Shown piece by piece: positions 14,037 through 28,160 of a stretch of DNA of 64,000 bases; positions within the stretch are counted from its first letter, which is position 1; every line of letters begins with the position of its first letter. Source of the DNA: Botryllus schlosseri (lineage: Eukaryota); the NCBI GenBank assembly GCA_051294905.1, contig CM119372.1, forward strand, positions 9,054,001 through 9,118,000, read 5' to 3'. The notes below the pieces were generated by a model. It did not search any database. It worked only from the letters and a program-made list of their open reading frames with translations, and was not told where the DNA came from. Made by a program: the position numbers and the translations under genes.

Positions 14037-16383
14037 TGATTTAACACGTTTTCATTTTCGTCTCAATTGTGCACACTCATATATACAACTGTTAGCTTCT
14101 GGATAAACTCCATAGCATATCAGTGGGCCATTTTATTGAGAAGATCTCTACGGCCATAATTAAGTTCACTGTGTAGAGGGGTGATTGAAAATGTACCAAT
14201 TCATAAATGCCACGGATCTATGACGTGACAAGATAATCTGGGACGAATCGTAAATTCAACATCGATTAATATTTTATCTGTTCACAACATCATAGGATTA
14301 CTATACAATGAACAAAACGTCTTGTTGGACTTCATTAAGTCTATCAACGGACCAAACCAATGCTTCCAACCTCTCTGACCTTATGGAACCCTTGTGGAAT
14401 CGAATTGAAAATGGAAGACTACTGCTCAAATATAGGGTACACAGTATGTGCGGCACCATCGCAAAGTTTAACAAAACGATGGACAGTATAATATTGCAAA
14501 ATCTAGGTAGGCCTATCTCGCAATATCCACACCGGCCACCACGTATTGCGCTGTGCATCCTGATGGTAATCCCTCGTTTAAATTACCAATCTTAAACTGC
14601 ATTCAATTTAACTATATTCTCGGACTCTGTGTTCCCCTGAACATACTGTTAGTACTCGTTTTTGCAAGATCAGGATATTTATTTTTGCTATTATTATATT
14701 ATTTATTCAGGGAAACTGGTAAATACACATGCGATCGGGGAACAAATTGCCCCATAAGGAAAATGGCGATATTGAAGTCAATTTTTAAAATGTCGGTAGT
14801 AGAGTCAAATTGTTATTTCTATGCAACTCACGAAGTTGTCAGATTGCAGAGTCGTGGAAAATGTAGAATCGAAATTAGATATAGGTTGGTTCTGCTATGA
14901 TTTTAAGTGAAAATATGAACAGTGCTGTGTTCAAGGTCTTACGCAGAATGTACACATTGCACAGTTACCAATAAAGTGACATCTCGGATTATGCCTATCA
15001 AACGTTTGCCAGTATATTTATTGGGTATTATTTACGACCCCTGTATCAAGCACAATTTGAATTTTGTATCGTCCCATTTTTCGCATTCTATTTCGATAAT
15101 TACTATACATTCCTGAATCCATATATTTTATTTATTGCCGATATTGCTTTACCTGACTCATTATATTATGCGGGTCATGCGTTTATTGTTTTCAGACTGG
15201 TAAATAAATTTCAGGCTCGTTAACGAATTTTATTATTTGGAATATTGCTTTCTTGAAAATGAAAATTCACTGTATACAAACGATAATATCACGGAAAGAT
15301 TGCATGGTAGTCTACAATGACATCTATTTAGAATGCGAAGATATCACACATGGCACTGAACGTATTTACTGCCATTGGCATGCACACAATTGCACAATGC
15401 ACAGATACCCGCTAACCGTATAACCGTTGAATTTTATAACATAGGCCTATTTCGTTATTAGTACATTCATATGACCGTGTACAAATGTTTCTGGTGACGG
15501 TCACGTGACCATTTTTCACATTTATTGCATAAATTGACATCTTTCCTCGTAGTGACAGATATAATTATCCAGCCATTCCACTACGCTCGGTTGAGAAGAG
15601 ACAGCAAGACAGATAATAGTGACAAGTCTTCCACCAGGTGGGCGCTTGCATGGCACTGTTGCTGAAGTTAAATCAATACCCGAAACCGTGATCAGGGATT
15701 GGGTATATATCAGAAGTGTAAGACCGCTGGTCCGAAACCTCGTTGCTGAACGCGTACCGTATAATTTCAGCTCTTCCTGCAAATCGGTTTAGCGTCCGTA
15801 TAGCTAGTGTAGGTCTTGGAAAATAACTTTAATTTTAATAGGGGTGACTTTTTGTATAGCCATTATAGAATACCGGAAAAGTCGGATATATACCTGCTAG
15901 TATAGTATTATATTATGCGAGTAAACAAACGGACGAATTGAGAGGAAAGTGCAGTACACGAGAGTGCACTGTGCGTGCAACCACTGTCTGGTATCTTTTG
16001 TCAATATATATACGACCATTTAGTTACTTTTGAAGCGAAGACTAACCACTATAACAATGAAGAAATGGTGGACCACTGAAGACCAACTATCTGGCTAGCC
16101 ACAGAACCGTTACTCTTATTCGCTCCCTTCGTTGAACCAGTTGACCTTGTAACGATAGTGGACAGAGCCCCTGGCAGCGCCACTATCGGGGGTCATGAGT
16201 TCATGTATTTGTTTACCTTTGTCTTTAGTTCACACCGAGTGTGCTGTTGATAGATTGTTGTCATGTTGCAGAACACTACTCAAATATTGAACTGATTTAT
16301 TAGCACAAAATTAAAACAAGAATTTCTATGTAAGTAGCAGTATTGCACCGAGATAAACGAGGTAAATAAACGGCGAGTCTAGG

Positions 16384-19300
16384 TCAAACGTATTTCGGAT
16401 GATCATATCGCACCATAGTTCGATATACCGATGGGTCTGCTGCGCTCATGACGGTTGTGTAGGTAGTGTCGGAATTGAACACTGGCGGGATGGTCAACAC
16501 CTGAGAAAGAGAACAAACGCACATAAGACTTGCATTGTATATGGATCAATTTTATTTGCATCATGGATACAGAATATAGCTAGATTTCGAGCGATATACA
16601 TACGCAACATAAAATGAATGCAATATGCCAATACGTCATAATGGTGACATGGCAAAGTATCAGTCTTCAACGGCTATTATTATCATCATATCCCTACAAC
16701 GTGACGTGAATTCAAGTCATATCTTGCATCCAAAACGAACAAGGACCGCATAGCCAGCACACATAAATTACGAGCAAAGTCACATGACCTGACCAATATA
16801 CGAAGGATTTGGGGTTGAAGTCCATTCAAGTCTCTGTTCGAATATATATCACCTCGGAGGCTGCACGTCGCAGGGAAGGATTAAGAGTTTATTGCAGGCC
16901 TTAAACCGAATTTGTCTGCAGGAAAAGTACTTCAAAATATTCAAATGTTATGGTATGGGCAATCGAATTAATGTGAAAGTTTCGAAACGCATGCACATTG
17001 GACAATTGCGTATTGCCCAATTTACGCATTGCGCATAAGTCATATTCGCATGCCATACAAAAGAAATATTAATAACTGACCATGACCAGCATAATGCAGC
17101 CAAAAAATAATCGAAGCTCAATTGCGGATTGCTGGTGCTGATATATCGCGTTCAAACTGCAGATATCATATGTCGTTAATATAAAGCCACAGAAGTAGTG
17201 GGCCACGGGCATCAGTAGAAGGTTAAGAACCACTGAATTAGAGTCAGCAAGACTTACTCCATACAGATTTTCTACAGTCATTCGACCGTGCCCGAAAACT
17301 TCCATTGCGTAGACACCGGTTTCACGCCTGTCGTCATCAGATGGCGGTTTGTCCCACGGATCGTAATTTGTCTCCAGAACGAACCAGCTGAAAATTGACC
17401 GCCATGAGATTTTCGGGATATTCCTACGTACATCGAATATTTGAAGTGTATCCTAAAACTAATACTCATATAACCTCTCCCCTTCTAATTCCGATTATAG
17501 CGTAACGGTTACTTACTTGTGAGTGGTATCTTCCATTCTTGTTATATTAACGGCACCGGACCTGTCCCTTACAATCAAAGCCCCTTCATAAGGCTTCGTC
17601 CCGCCAACTATGAAATACATGGGTGAGATAGTGTCTGCCTTCGCGATCATGCTAACCGCTGATTCAAAATCATGTGCCTTCATCATCACCTGTCAATGTA
17701 TCATTGATAAGTCATACGAACTAAACCCTATTTCAATGCGGTTTGCACACTATACATTGGTTAAGATTAGACAACTTCAATAATACCTCTCTGGACATGA
17801 GCATCGTCGGCCAATGCTTTTTCAACGCCGCTAGAATGTTCTCCAGTAACAATCCTTTGTTACGCTCGTCGCCAGATATCGTAAACGCGTTTGGTTTCTG
17901 TGCAGTCAGGATTCCCACGTACCCCACGTAAGTGGTTGTGACGAAAGCCGTCTGTATGGGCAAACATCGGCGGCTTTACCGATGGGTTGTATCACTACAG
18001 AAAGTGTGGAGCGCGTACCTTCCCGCTGTTGTGGAATTCGACCTCGACTGTAATGTCCCTTAGGTCGTCCGCGGCGCCATAGTCGAGATTCCTCCCATGG
18101 ATTATGCTTCCTTTATTATCAATTGCTACTATGCTCGTGCATCCGAACAGCGGTCTAAGGGTTACGGATTATTTAATATAATATGCACGCTGCTACAATG
18201 CGCTATACCGCGGACGTTATACGCTTGTTATACCCTTTGAGGTTTCATAATAATTTCTCGCACCCCTGTCCATTGTGAGGCAGCCACGAATCCCTGGTCT
18301 TGTGCCCAAATATGGGGTCAACACAGCTTGTGATACGGGCCATTTCATCACTACCCTCTAGTTTAGGCACACGACTCACAACAATCACACTTTTCCGTAT
18401 CGAATAAATCCCGGGATTACGCAATTTAGGGACGCAAGACTAATGCATTTCGTACCCCTTGTTTTGGTGCTTCGTAGGTTCGTACCCCCAAGGGGTTCAC
18501 GTAAGAACGACTCAATCATTACACAGTTGCACTTTGCAACCGTGGGATCTCAACTCACCATGACCTTTTTTCAAATTTAGACCGGGCAATCACCATCTTT
18601 TTGGATTGATGGATCTGTTTTAGTCCGTAAAGGCATGTTTGTGGTGGCACTATTAGCCTACACCAAGGGTCGGCAACCTACGGCCCGCGGGCCGGATCCG
18701 GCCCGCCAAGCGAAATCGTCCGGCCCGCGGCGAAATAATTAGTTACCATAAGAATACGGCCCGCCGTTTCGTAATGAGTTCCAATCTGCAGTGCAGCACT
18801 GCTTCGAAAAATGTCAAAATTTATAATGTTTTCTTCCACTTGCGGATGATGATTCCGGAACATGTAATTCACGCACCTACGGGGCTCGTTCACTTTCGGA
18901 CCAAACTCAGTACAGCGTTACGGAGAAAAAGGGTTTTTGGTCCGAAAGTGAACGAGCCCCGTACTGGTCCGGGTTCGTCATATTCCGATTTTAAAATCAG
19001 GCTGCTGCGTGAGTCGCAGAATACCACTTTTTAAATGTTAATCACCTTAATGGCTCTCAGAGAAACGCAGAGATACCTCAAATGTTACTGGCTGTACTGA
19101 ACTTGAATATTGCTCTCAGAACCACATTCACCACAGCAGAATCCATCACCTCAAAGATCCCCCGTGTGCCCCCATCAAAGAGTTAACGGCACAATAACAA
19201 GCACAAAGAGTAGGCCTATTTATGCAATCCTAAAATATTAAATAAAATACCGCTAATTGTCTGTGTTTTGTAGATTTGATTTTCTCTTGTCACTTTGTTA

Positions 19301-21752
19301 TGACTACCGGAGTACCGGTACAGCTGTTAGCGATCCTTTTTATTATTGAATTGTTACGTCATATTTTGCCAATTTGGTTTTCGTATGTCCATATTTCAGT
19401 AAGCTCTTCTTGCGTCGCTAACTCCTGACAAGGCGCACACGAAAAGCCTTTGAGTCAATATGTTCCACTGTAATGAATGCAGACCCAAAAGCAATAGTAA
19501 AGATAGGACCACCCCAATAAGCATTGCTTTGTCACGTATATTTCAAACACAAGAACAACGAAACATAGAGCACTTCAACTACAAGACGCTGTTCGGCATT
19601 CCAAGCAATATGCGTTCTTCTGAAGTTTTCTGTGTCTTGGGCAAACCCGTCGGTTGCAAGTGTCACTGGCAAAACGGCTACATGCTTTGTTACGTCGAGA
19701 TGCTTGCACGAGTGTATGAACAGAGAAATGAAATAGCAACTTTCCTTGAAAATACAAACATCGCCGACTCATAATCTTGTCATCGAAAATGGGTATCTAA
19801 TCTTGCTTTCGTAGAATATTTAACGTCAAATCTAAACAAATTGAATTTGCAACTCCAGGGGGAAACAACTAAATAACCTCACTTTCCTATACTGGAGGAG
19901 AGTAAACCTAGTACCAGCACTATATATTTGTAACTGTGATATACCAAATATAATTAATGAATTTCCATCCGCTTTTCCGACATTCGTTCTGTACAAAATA
20001 AATTCTTACTACCCAGTACTCCGGTTAATGTGGGCGCCAATACCATTGCCAGAAAATTTCAAATTGGCCCATTTGAATTGCCATGCAGATGAATTGAATG
20101 ACAAATTTCATACAAAGAGCATATCGCTGATTGACTTTGACAAAGAGTAAGTTCTTGAAATGGGTCTTCATCCCAGCTTGACCAACAATGCAAAAGAAAT
20201 AGCATCGACTTTTGGTAGCACGTGCGCATGTCAACAATAGTTTTCAACAATGAAATTCACGAAGAGCAAGCTAAGATCACGTATCCCAACGCACATTCAG
20301 AATATGGCCTGATTCTAGCTTCATCTGACTTGTTACCAGAAGTTGAAAACCTTTCACAAAGCAAGCTGCGCCCTGTGTCACATTTATCCTGCGTTTTTGA
20401 AGTGTACGGTAAATACATGTGTTTTGCTCTTTTTGTGATTTGTATGATTGAGATTGCAGCATTTGAGGGTAATATACCGACGTGAACGGTAAATATGGTA
20501 TTAAGAAAAATTCCGGTCCGGCCCGCCAACATGTTGTGCACCTGAAATTTGGCCCGCGACTAGCAAAAGGTTGCCGACCCCTGGCCTACACATTACACAT
20601 ATTATTACACAGTTTGGCGTTTTCGACGATGTAATTTCATGCTGTATGTTGGACCGCAAGGTATCAGAAATGCGAAATCCCTGTGGTGATCTGCGCACGA
20701 CGGCACGTGTGCACGACTACGGTGAGCCTGATGCTGCCAATTTACCCCACCCCGGGGTCCAACCTAATGACGGTAATGTTCGGAAATACGTCAGGCGGCT
20801 ACTTAACCCATTTTAGTCGCAAAATTCCGTGTATGTTGATAAATGATTTTGGTACACACAGTCGCACACGCACACGAATCTCGCACTACTCACTGCAGTC
20901 GGTCTGTGTTCCAAGCTGAAATGTCGTACGCGAGATTGGCGATCACAATCTCACCGACGCTGACGTTGTAGAATTGCGCGATCCCCCGCATCTCGTCGGC
21001 ATACGGCTGAGGGATGTACTTCTCGACGTATTTCCCAACATCTTCAGCCAGAGCGAATATGACTTCGCTTTTAAGATATTGTCTGCGGACACAGTAATAA
21101 CAATAGTGATTCTGCCATCATTAGTGACGCAAATTGAATTTCACTTCACGAGAGTGTCAATCACCGCCAACAACTTGGATTTGTCGAAGTTTTGCAACAC
21201 CGGTTGCCACCTGCAAGTAGACGGACAAACTGGATATAGCATTACTTACAGGTGGTGGATTAATTAGGCTATTCACCACAATAATTACATTCCCTCGCAT
21301 CACACTATGCGATATAAATTATGAAGCTGTAGTTTATAATAATAATATAATAATATTGTTGGGCTAAATTTTAGTTCATCATCATCATCATTGGTTTATT
21401 AGCAATTTTATCAGTTCAATACACCACAAAAAAATGCGATACAATGAAAAGACAGGAAGGTGTCGAAGCGACAAGGAGCAGTCTATGGACAAAAGATCGA
21501 TCGATCGACAAAAGATCGATTGCCCTTCAAATTTCACGCCAAATCTCGCCTAACTCCAACATACATAGAACCATATATTTCTACATCGATTAAATGCAGT
21601 TCTTCGATAAACAATGGAACGTAGACCTACCTTCTTGTAGCTGGAACATCTAAATCTACTTTGTATCTCTTCGCGGGAATAGCAGCTTTTCCATGAATGG
21701 TATCAATAAATAGAATTGCACACAGAGCTAACGTAAGTAAAGAGCATTTCAT
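16384..21752 (-). CDS. NAAA: N-acylethanolamine-hydrolysing acid amidase / acid ceramidase family Ntn hydrolase (365 aa, 8 exons)
   Basis: Exons 21752-21631, 21210-21145, 21082-20894, 18154-18019, 17951-17787, 17689-17517, 17387-17258, 16500-16384; all GT-AG and phase-consistent; signal peptide, PYADEMRGIA, catalytic CTSIVA...HGRNLDY, FTISGDER, VLETNYD, TYTTVMSA. Confidence 0.88.
18664..20583 (+). mobile_element. hAT (Charlie/SPIN-like) transposon, decayed, in NAAA intron 3
   Basis: TIRs caagggtcggcaacc / ggttgccgacccctg with GGCCCG subterminal repeats; perfect 8-bp TSD GCCTACAC; remnants MLARVYEQRNEIATFLE and LNKLNLQLQG. Confidence 0.88.
18878..18963. mobile_element. Tiny TA-flanked hairpin element nested in the hAT element
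   Basis: Perfect 28-bp inverted repeat tacggggctcgttcactttcggaccaaa / tttggtccgaaagtgaacgagccccgta with a 30-bp spacer. Confidence 0.6.
21377..21489 (-). mobile_element. LINE/SINE 3' tail copy in NAAA intron 1
   Basis: Reverse complement of the 7395-7510 sequence, including (cat)n. Confidence 0.75.
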
Positions 21753-22900
21753 CTTGATATAGCTGAAATGTAAAACGAAGTCTTTAGCTATACTGGAGTG
21801 ATGATTCATAATGACGTAGATGCTGATCGTTAGCGTTTAGAAATAGCGTTTGGATTGAACAACGCACCAAGAAAGCAACGGTATTCCCAACCGAGACACG
21901 AAATGAAATTGATAAACGGTCGATTGGAGAAAGGCGTACCATTCTTGGAGGTGTGTCGTTATGTAAATATTTCTCTATAGTCATGGTCGACTGAAGATTG
22001 CTCTGTCATGTGAGATCTTTTCGCAGGTTAAATTCCACCGTTGCAAAGTTTTATTTCGGCAAACGAGAAATAATCAATCGATGACACATCGCCCACGCAA
22101 TATTTTCCAACCTGTAGAATTCAGCTACTATTATTCAACCATGAGAAATAGGCTTGGATCCTTGCACGTACGACGTACGTACGTGCACTCGTGCAGTCCT
22201 GCATAGACAACAAAATTGAATTGACTCGAGTCACAATTTTCTCGTCACTCGAGTCATGTTCTCGATTATGACTCGACTTGTAGCCTACCCGAGTAATTGC
22301 ACATGATTTGATAATCATATGACGCGAGACATTCTGCTTCCTCTGGTGTTTCTTAAAATTTTCTGACACTGATTTGGCAATGCAATGATTCAGCAATCGT
22401 TTAACGACATTTGAAGTTTTTGGGATGATACCGGCAACGCACAGCATGAGCACTGAGCAGTGAGCACTCTTGGAATGTTCCGCACGATTTTCGTCTAGCC
22501 TACAAATGACCAGTGTCCAATGTGCATTCAGTAATTACGACGCAATGTAATGCATCAATTCGATCAATTTGAACCCCTCAACGTGATGTGGTTAGTAACA
22601 ACTCACTTGTCAATTTGTAATAATAAATGATCACCGTGTTCTACAGAACGCGCAGAAAACATGATAAAATGGCCTCGTAAACTAATCCGAAGTGTGATGT
22701 GATATTCGAATCCCCGTCGCCGAAATGCTAAGCGGCGGGTCGCTGAGTGTACCGTTACCGGTTAGCGTTCGGCTTGGCTACTACTTAAATTCAGAGTTGA
22801 CCAGTAACGAAGTACTTATGTTTTCGGAGTACCAAAGTCTTTCCTACTTTTACAACTTACTCAAGTGGTTTTGAAGAGATTCTTGGAGGTACAGAACTTC

Positions 22901-23232
22901 AATATACAATTGAATAGTATATTCATATTGAAATAAACCCGAATCTTTTCGGCTGATACTCGTCAGGGGTAATCGTCAGCAACTAGTAGAGAATTAGAAA
23001 GAACATTGTATATTAACAATCGTATCACAAAATATGACGTCACCAGCAAATAGTACATTGAACGCTCTGTCGTTTGAAATTTCATGCTGGTGACGTCATA
23101 TTTTGTGATACGATTGTTGATATACAATGTTCGTTCCAATCCTCTGCTAGTTGCTGACGATTACCCCTGACGAGTGTCAGCCGAATATATTCGGGTTTAT
23201 TTCAATATGAATATACTATTCAATTGTATATT
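22901..23232. mobile_element. Inverted pair of Penelope-like pseudo-LTRs
   Basis: Arms ~22901-23048 and ~23085-23232; homologous to the sequence downstream of the GIY-YIG-type fragment at 28625-28755. Confidence 0.75.
22937..22970 (-). ncRNA. Minimal hammerhead ribozyme-like motif in Penelope pLTR
   Basis: Minus strand ACCC-CTGACGA-GTATCAGCC-GAAA-AGAT-TC-GGGT: stem I ACCC/GGGT, CUGAnGA and GAAA core, UH site; variant copies at 23163-23196 (+) and 28645-28678 (-). Confidence 0.55.
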
Positions 23233-23949
23233 CAAGTGATTTTCAAATTATACAATATACATCCATTCCACTTAAAACACATAACTACTTTAACTTGACT
23301 CCAACTCCAACTACTTTCAATCGAACCTGCTGTTCTAAAATTTACGAAAATGTACCGCGGCATTTACAGAACTTATCAAGTCACCGAAGTAAAATTTATT
23401 CTTCGGGCTCAATTTGACCATAATAATAACTAAAAAATGTAAAAAAACGAATAATTTTATGAGTAAATTTGCAGGAATGTTGGAATTGTGGTTGTAGTAT
23501 TGGGAAGAAAATATTAGGTATCGGGTTCGACATGTTTAATTTTCAGGGTTCGGAGTCTGTGGTGAATCGATTTCACAGCCGTATAGTTGCAAATGCTTAA
23601 CACTTCATCATTCTCGTTGCAGAGTCGTTTGAATGCATGTTCTGTTCACTGTTCTGGACTTGGGCTTTGTCAAAGCAATAGTGAGCGCACATCCGCTCAA
23701 TAAACCTCGCTGGCTAATCTGTTCATTCATTTGTAGGTTGGTTATAAAACTTATAGCTGCATTACAATGAACATTTACACTTCCACAATAGATGGTGACA
23801 ATTTCCGATTCCTATGGGAATGTGACTTGTACGACTGCGAACAACATGACTATACAGTAAAAATATAGGTTTCATATTCCTGATTTTCGTGCTCATCGGG
23901 CTGTTCTTAGCGCCATACTTTATACTCTGTTGTTGTTGTTGTTGTTGTT

Positions 23950-25260
23950 GTGACCGACGAAGTTGAATGGGATGCAGTTGTTTCAGGACAAGTGAAGACT
24001 ATGGCCGAAGAGATTATGGCCAAGGTGCCGAGACAAGATCCAGTCAGTGGGAGTTGGCGAATGTCTCCGGGTGGTCAGGTGGAAGTGTGATGTGGCGCGA
24101 GCAATCTGGCGGTAGGATGCTGCGTGAGAGTAAATGGTGCCGCTGTAGAAGACGCGGCGTGGATGCGGAAGCAGGATGATTTTATGCATATCAATGTTGC
24201 GGAGTTGGAAGCTGTAGTGAAAGGTCTAAGCATGGTGCTGAAGTGGAACATGAAGAACATTGAAGTGGTTACGGACTCGGCTAGTGCGTACAATTGGGTA
24301 GAGTCGATACTGGAAAACAGCCACAGACTAAAAGTGGGTGGGCTAAGCGAGATGGTCACAAAACGTCCGTTGGGAATAATCTCGCAGTTCATTGAAGAGA
24401 ATAGTCTCAAAGTGACAATCCGTTTGGTTCCATCAGCCAAAAACATTGCTGACTGCTTGACAAGGGTCCCGAAGACCTGGCTGCAGCAGGTGGCAGCATG
24501 TAAAGAGAGGATTTCTCTGAAATCGGGCAATGCGAGGCGTTTCACCCCATGGAGAGAGGGAACCGTGACAGAAATAGTTGCAGACGCTGCGGTAGAAGTG
24601 GATGGAAGAAACGAGCATGTTGCTAATGTCAAGCACATGGTGGGGAAGCGACGGAAGGTTGTCGGTAGTAGTAATGTTCCTTCAAGAACTGTGGAACTGG
24701 TGTTCGATGAGGAAAATTTGGAGGATGTGTGGAAGTATGACGAATTTGAACTGCCGGATGAACCTGAACCGCCTGATGACATCAGTCAAAGAGAAATGGT
24801 CTTCAACGAGGGGGGCAGGGAGTATTACAACCCTGAACCTCCTGATGACAGTAATAAAACATCGGATGCCGATCAAGAAGCCGAATGCTCTATTCGAGAT
24901 AGGGCCCCGCCTAGATGGTTGGCCAACTACTGTGTTGATTTATGATTGTCTGTTTTACCTTAGCGGGGGGGGGGGGGTGTTCTATGTTTGCTTGCTTGGT
25001 TATGTTGCTGTCGTCGGGTCACCATTGTAACTGTACGCTTATTATGATCTTAAGATCAGGGGGGAATGTGGTATTGTGATGTGCTTCACGTGTACCATTG
25101 CACAAAGTAGTGTATGGCGGCGGCCTTTGGTCGTGGACGGGGAGAAGCGGGAGAGCTGTGGGGGAGTGTGCACGTGCTGTGTCAGTTGTCGTCGTTGTTT
25201 TCTACTTTTGAATGAATACATCTTCAATTACAGTATTCATGGTGGTTTTCGAATACAATA
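23950..25260 (+). mobile_element. Ty3/Gypsy LTR retrotransposon 3' fragment (RNase H, deleted integrase, PPT, 3' LTR)
   Basis: ORF 24124-24945 with EDAAW..., HINVAELEAVVKGL, VVTDS, NIADCLTR (RNase H) and terminal RDRAPPRWLANY; G-run PPT 24962-24977; LTR-like TG... 24978-~25260. Confidence 0.8.
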
Positions 25261-25299
25261 GTCTTGTACACCAAACTGATATTCTTTATTGTGATTCCA

Positions 25300-27226
25300 T
25301 TGCTAACGACTTAATAGCACGGCCCACTTTTTAAGACACTGCTGACAAGGATCAGATGCGGCGGGAGGAGCCTAGATAAACCTCCGGCACTTGAGAAGCA
25401 CTGGCGTAGCCAAAGAGGGGCGAAAGGGGCGATCGCTCCCCCAAAATTTTTCAAAACTTTTCGTAAAATCAATAAATATAACAGTATTTTGGGGCAGATG
25501 AATGCAACCTAAAATATTTCTTCGCGCATCGCGCGATTTCGTGTCCATACACGTCTTGATTTTATTATCGTTATCCCGTAAAAAATTCTTCCTCAAATAC
25601 CCATAATTGAATTTAGCTGCATTCGCATGAGAATACAACAGTACCAGCAGATACACGAGAGTCGAGAGTAGCCCGAGGTCGTTGGGTTGATTGAGTCAAG
25701 GGGTGTCAGTTCAGTAAGGGGGGTTTGGGGACTGTTAGTTCCGACAATTTCCGTACCGGGATACACGAAGACATTTAAAGTACGCTACATGAGACTCCGC
25801 AAAGTCCGCTCTCAAAATGATTGACAACTATAAAACCGACGCATGTATTCCGAAGCCTTCGATATAGATTTTCGGGGGCTTAAATGGCTGGCGCCTAATG
25901 ATCCTGCCCCTTCAATCAGACCCCTCCGACATAAATCCGACTGGCACACCTTCCATTAAAAGTGCTAACTTGGAATCGCACGAGTCTGATCAAAGGAGTT
26001 TTTTAATTTGTTCTGGTATGTATCAGCAATTCCAATCTTTAAAGTATAGCGTTAATATTTACCAGAGGCTGCTAAATAACCGTGCTTCAACAAAGTAATT
26101 AATAAGACCGGAATCCTCTTGCTCACGCACCAATTTATTCATCAAATTCTTTCATTTATCCAAAAACATTTTACGCTCTAGATCCGAAATTCACACCGAT
26201 TGTTCATCACTTAATGTCAGCGATTTGATATGAACGAGTGCCGAAAATACATTTCCACAAAGATAGGTTGTGGCGAATGTAACGCTTCCGACGACACCTT
26301 TGCGCGGCTATGGTGGCAACATACATGGACCAATATAACTTTCAGCCTAGTCATTTCTATCTAACAGGTCATCGTGAAGTTATTCTGGAATAGCGGTCCT
26401 GTATATCATAGGAGAAAATGGATCTCTGCAGACAATTTTTCCAAAACCCGAACAAAACATCCCTAAACAGCAATATGTTAGTATGAGTAGGCTATTGGCA
26501 ATTAAAATGACTTGCATAGTGGAATATTTCATCTGAGACGGCCATTCTCTGTTTATGTGAGTCCTGAAGTTTTAGCAGTTATGAAGCGAAAGAGCTTTCG
26601 TGATTTCTCTAATTTAAAACAAACCAAAAATTAGGTTATGAACCAATTTGCACATTTGGATCGAGGTTTCGCGGACCCCTTGAAAATGCTTTGCGGACCC
26701 CCGGTTGAGAACCACTGCTCTAAATAGTATTGCCGTATGGTATGAATATAGTTCAAGTGTGCCCCCTGAATGTTCGATGACACCACTTCTATCAGCCCTA
26801 CCGGTAAATCTGATAATGAAAACGTATTTGCAATATGCAGGTAACAATATAATGAACCAATTTCATGCGTTACCTATGAAAAATTTTCGCGCTTTGCGCG
26901 AAAATCTTCACGCCCGAGGTTCCAACAATCATTATATTATCACATCACTTTATGTATGAATGGAATATTTGCCCCAGATGTTGTGTTAATCATCCAATAA
27001 GGGCCCAAGACCATCGTTTTTAACCTATTTTTTCCTCATCTTCAAGGGGGATGGGCTCATTTACGTCATCGAATTTTTCGCCCCCCCCCCCAATATTATT
27101 TCTGGCTACGCCCTTGTTGGGAAGGGATTCCGTAGTCGATCCTGGTCAAAATCGAACCCGCAACCGGTGACCGGTGAATGGTGTTGAAACTGTAGAAAAT
27201 TCCACTATACGCTATCTCACCACTGC
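25300..27226 (-). mobile_element. tRNA-derived SINE split by a hAT insertion
   Basis: Minus-strand 5' part 27226-27125 has A-box-like GGTGAGATAGCGTATAGTGG and B-box GGTTCGATT; it resumes at 25398 with ggaggtttatctaggc, a motif also found at ~4865-4886. Confidence 0.55.
25399..27116. mobile_element. Non-autonomous hAT element
   Basis: Ends cactggcgtagcca / tggctacgcccttg; TSD ttgagaag/ttgggaag; carries a fragment (~26250-26718) of the 32590-33369 MITE family. Confidence 0.7.
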
Positions 27227-28160
27227 ATATTTTACTACCAACGACCCAAATCGTCAAATTTGTATCTTAAGGTCCCCAGGGGGCGCTGGCGTCCACGTTC
27301 CAAGCCATTGTGCTATACATCGGGAATTTGAAGGTGAAAAGCCCATCGCCGACGGCAAGTAAATATCCGTGTGCAATGTGCATTGTGAAATTCTGCAGGG
27401 AAAACATCTTTATCTATGGGAGTTTTTGATGAACTTCACCCGGAATGTTTCATGGCGGAAATACCCTCTGCGTGACATGCATACTATAACAGATTTACAG
27501 GTAAGATCAAAATGTGAAAGTATTGTTTAACTGGGGTAAATTCATGACGCATTTCATGTATGTAATTATTTTAATATATGCTTACATTTACGAGGCGATG
27601 GGCATGTCTCTTAGCCAATCTGTCATCATAAGGACAGGCAAATTACATGCTCTATTTGTCTCGCTGGCTCATATTCATACACATGAATCAATACACACCA
27701 TTCGGAAGAATATGAAAATGAAGAATGGCATTTCTCGAACACTTTTACTAGACATTGCAAGGAGACGATTCGATTAGCATTTCCATGTTTGTGAAAATCT
27801 CACCTGATATTAATCTACATTCTACAATCATGCAAATTGTAGTCTGTATATTTTAATTCACTAACCACAAGAACAATGCATGAAACTATAAAGTGGATAT
27901 AATCTCTCGATTTTCAAGATAATTATCTGCGGTGGTGAAGTACCATATGACCAAACTAGCCAAAATGTCAGTACGCTACAATCACAATAACATGATTCCG
28001 ATGCAGTGGAAAATTTAGAATTTTTGAGATGTTCCTGTGCCCCGAAGGCGGGGAATTATTTACATCTCTGCATAAATATATATAGGATAGGAGGGTTACT
28101 TATTCGAATCATATTTACATGGAATTGATCTTCGTGTCCTGAGATACGAGGGGAAAGGCA

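Noticed and set aside
27272..27288. CTCF-like motif ccccagggggcgct (weaker one at ~15631)
   Set aside because: Single imperfect motif matches cannot be supported without chromatin data
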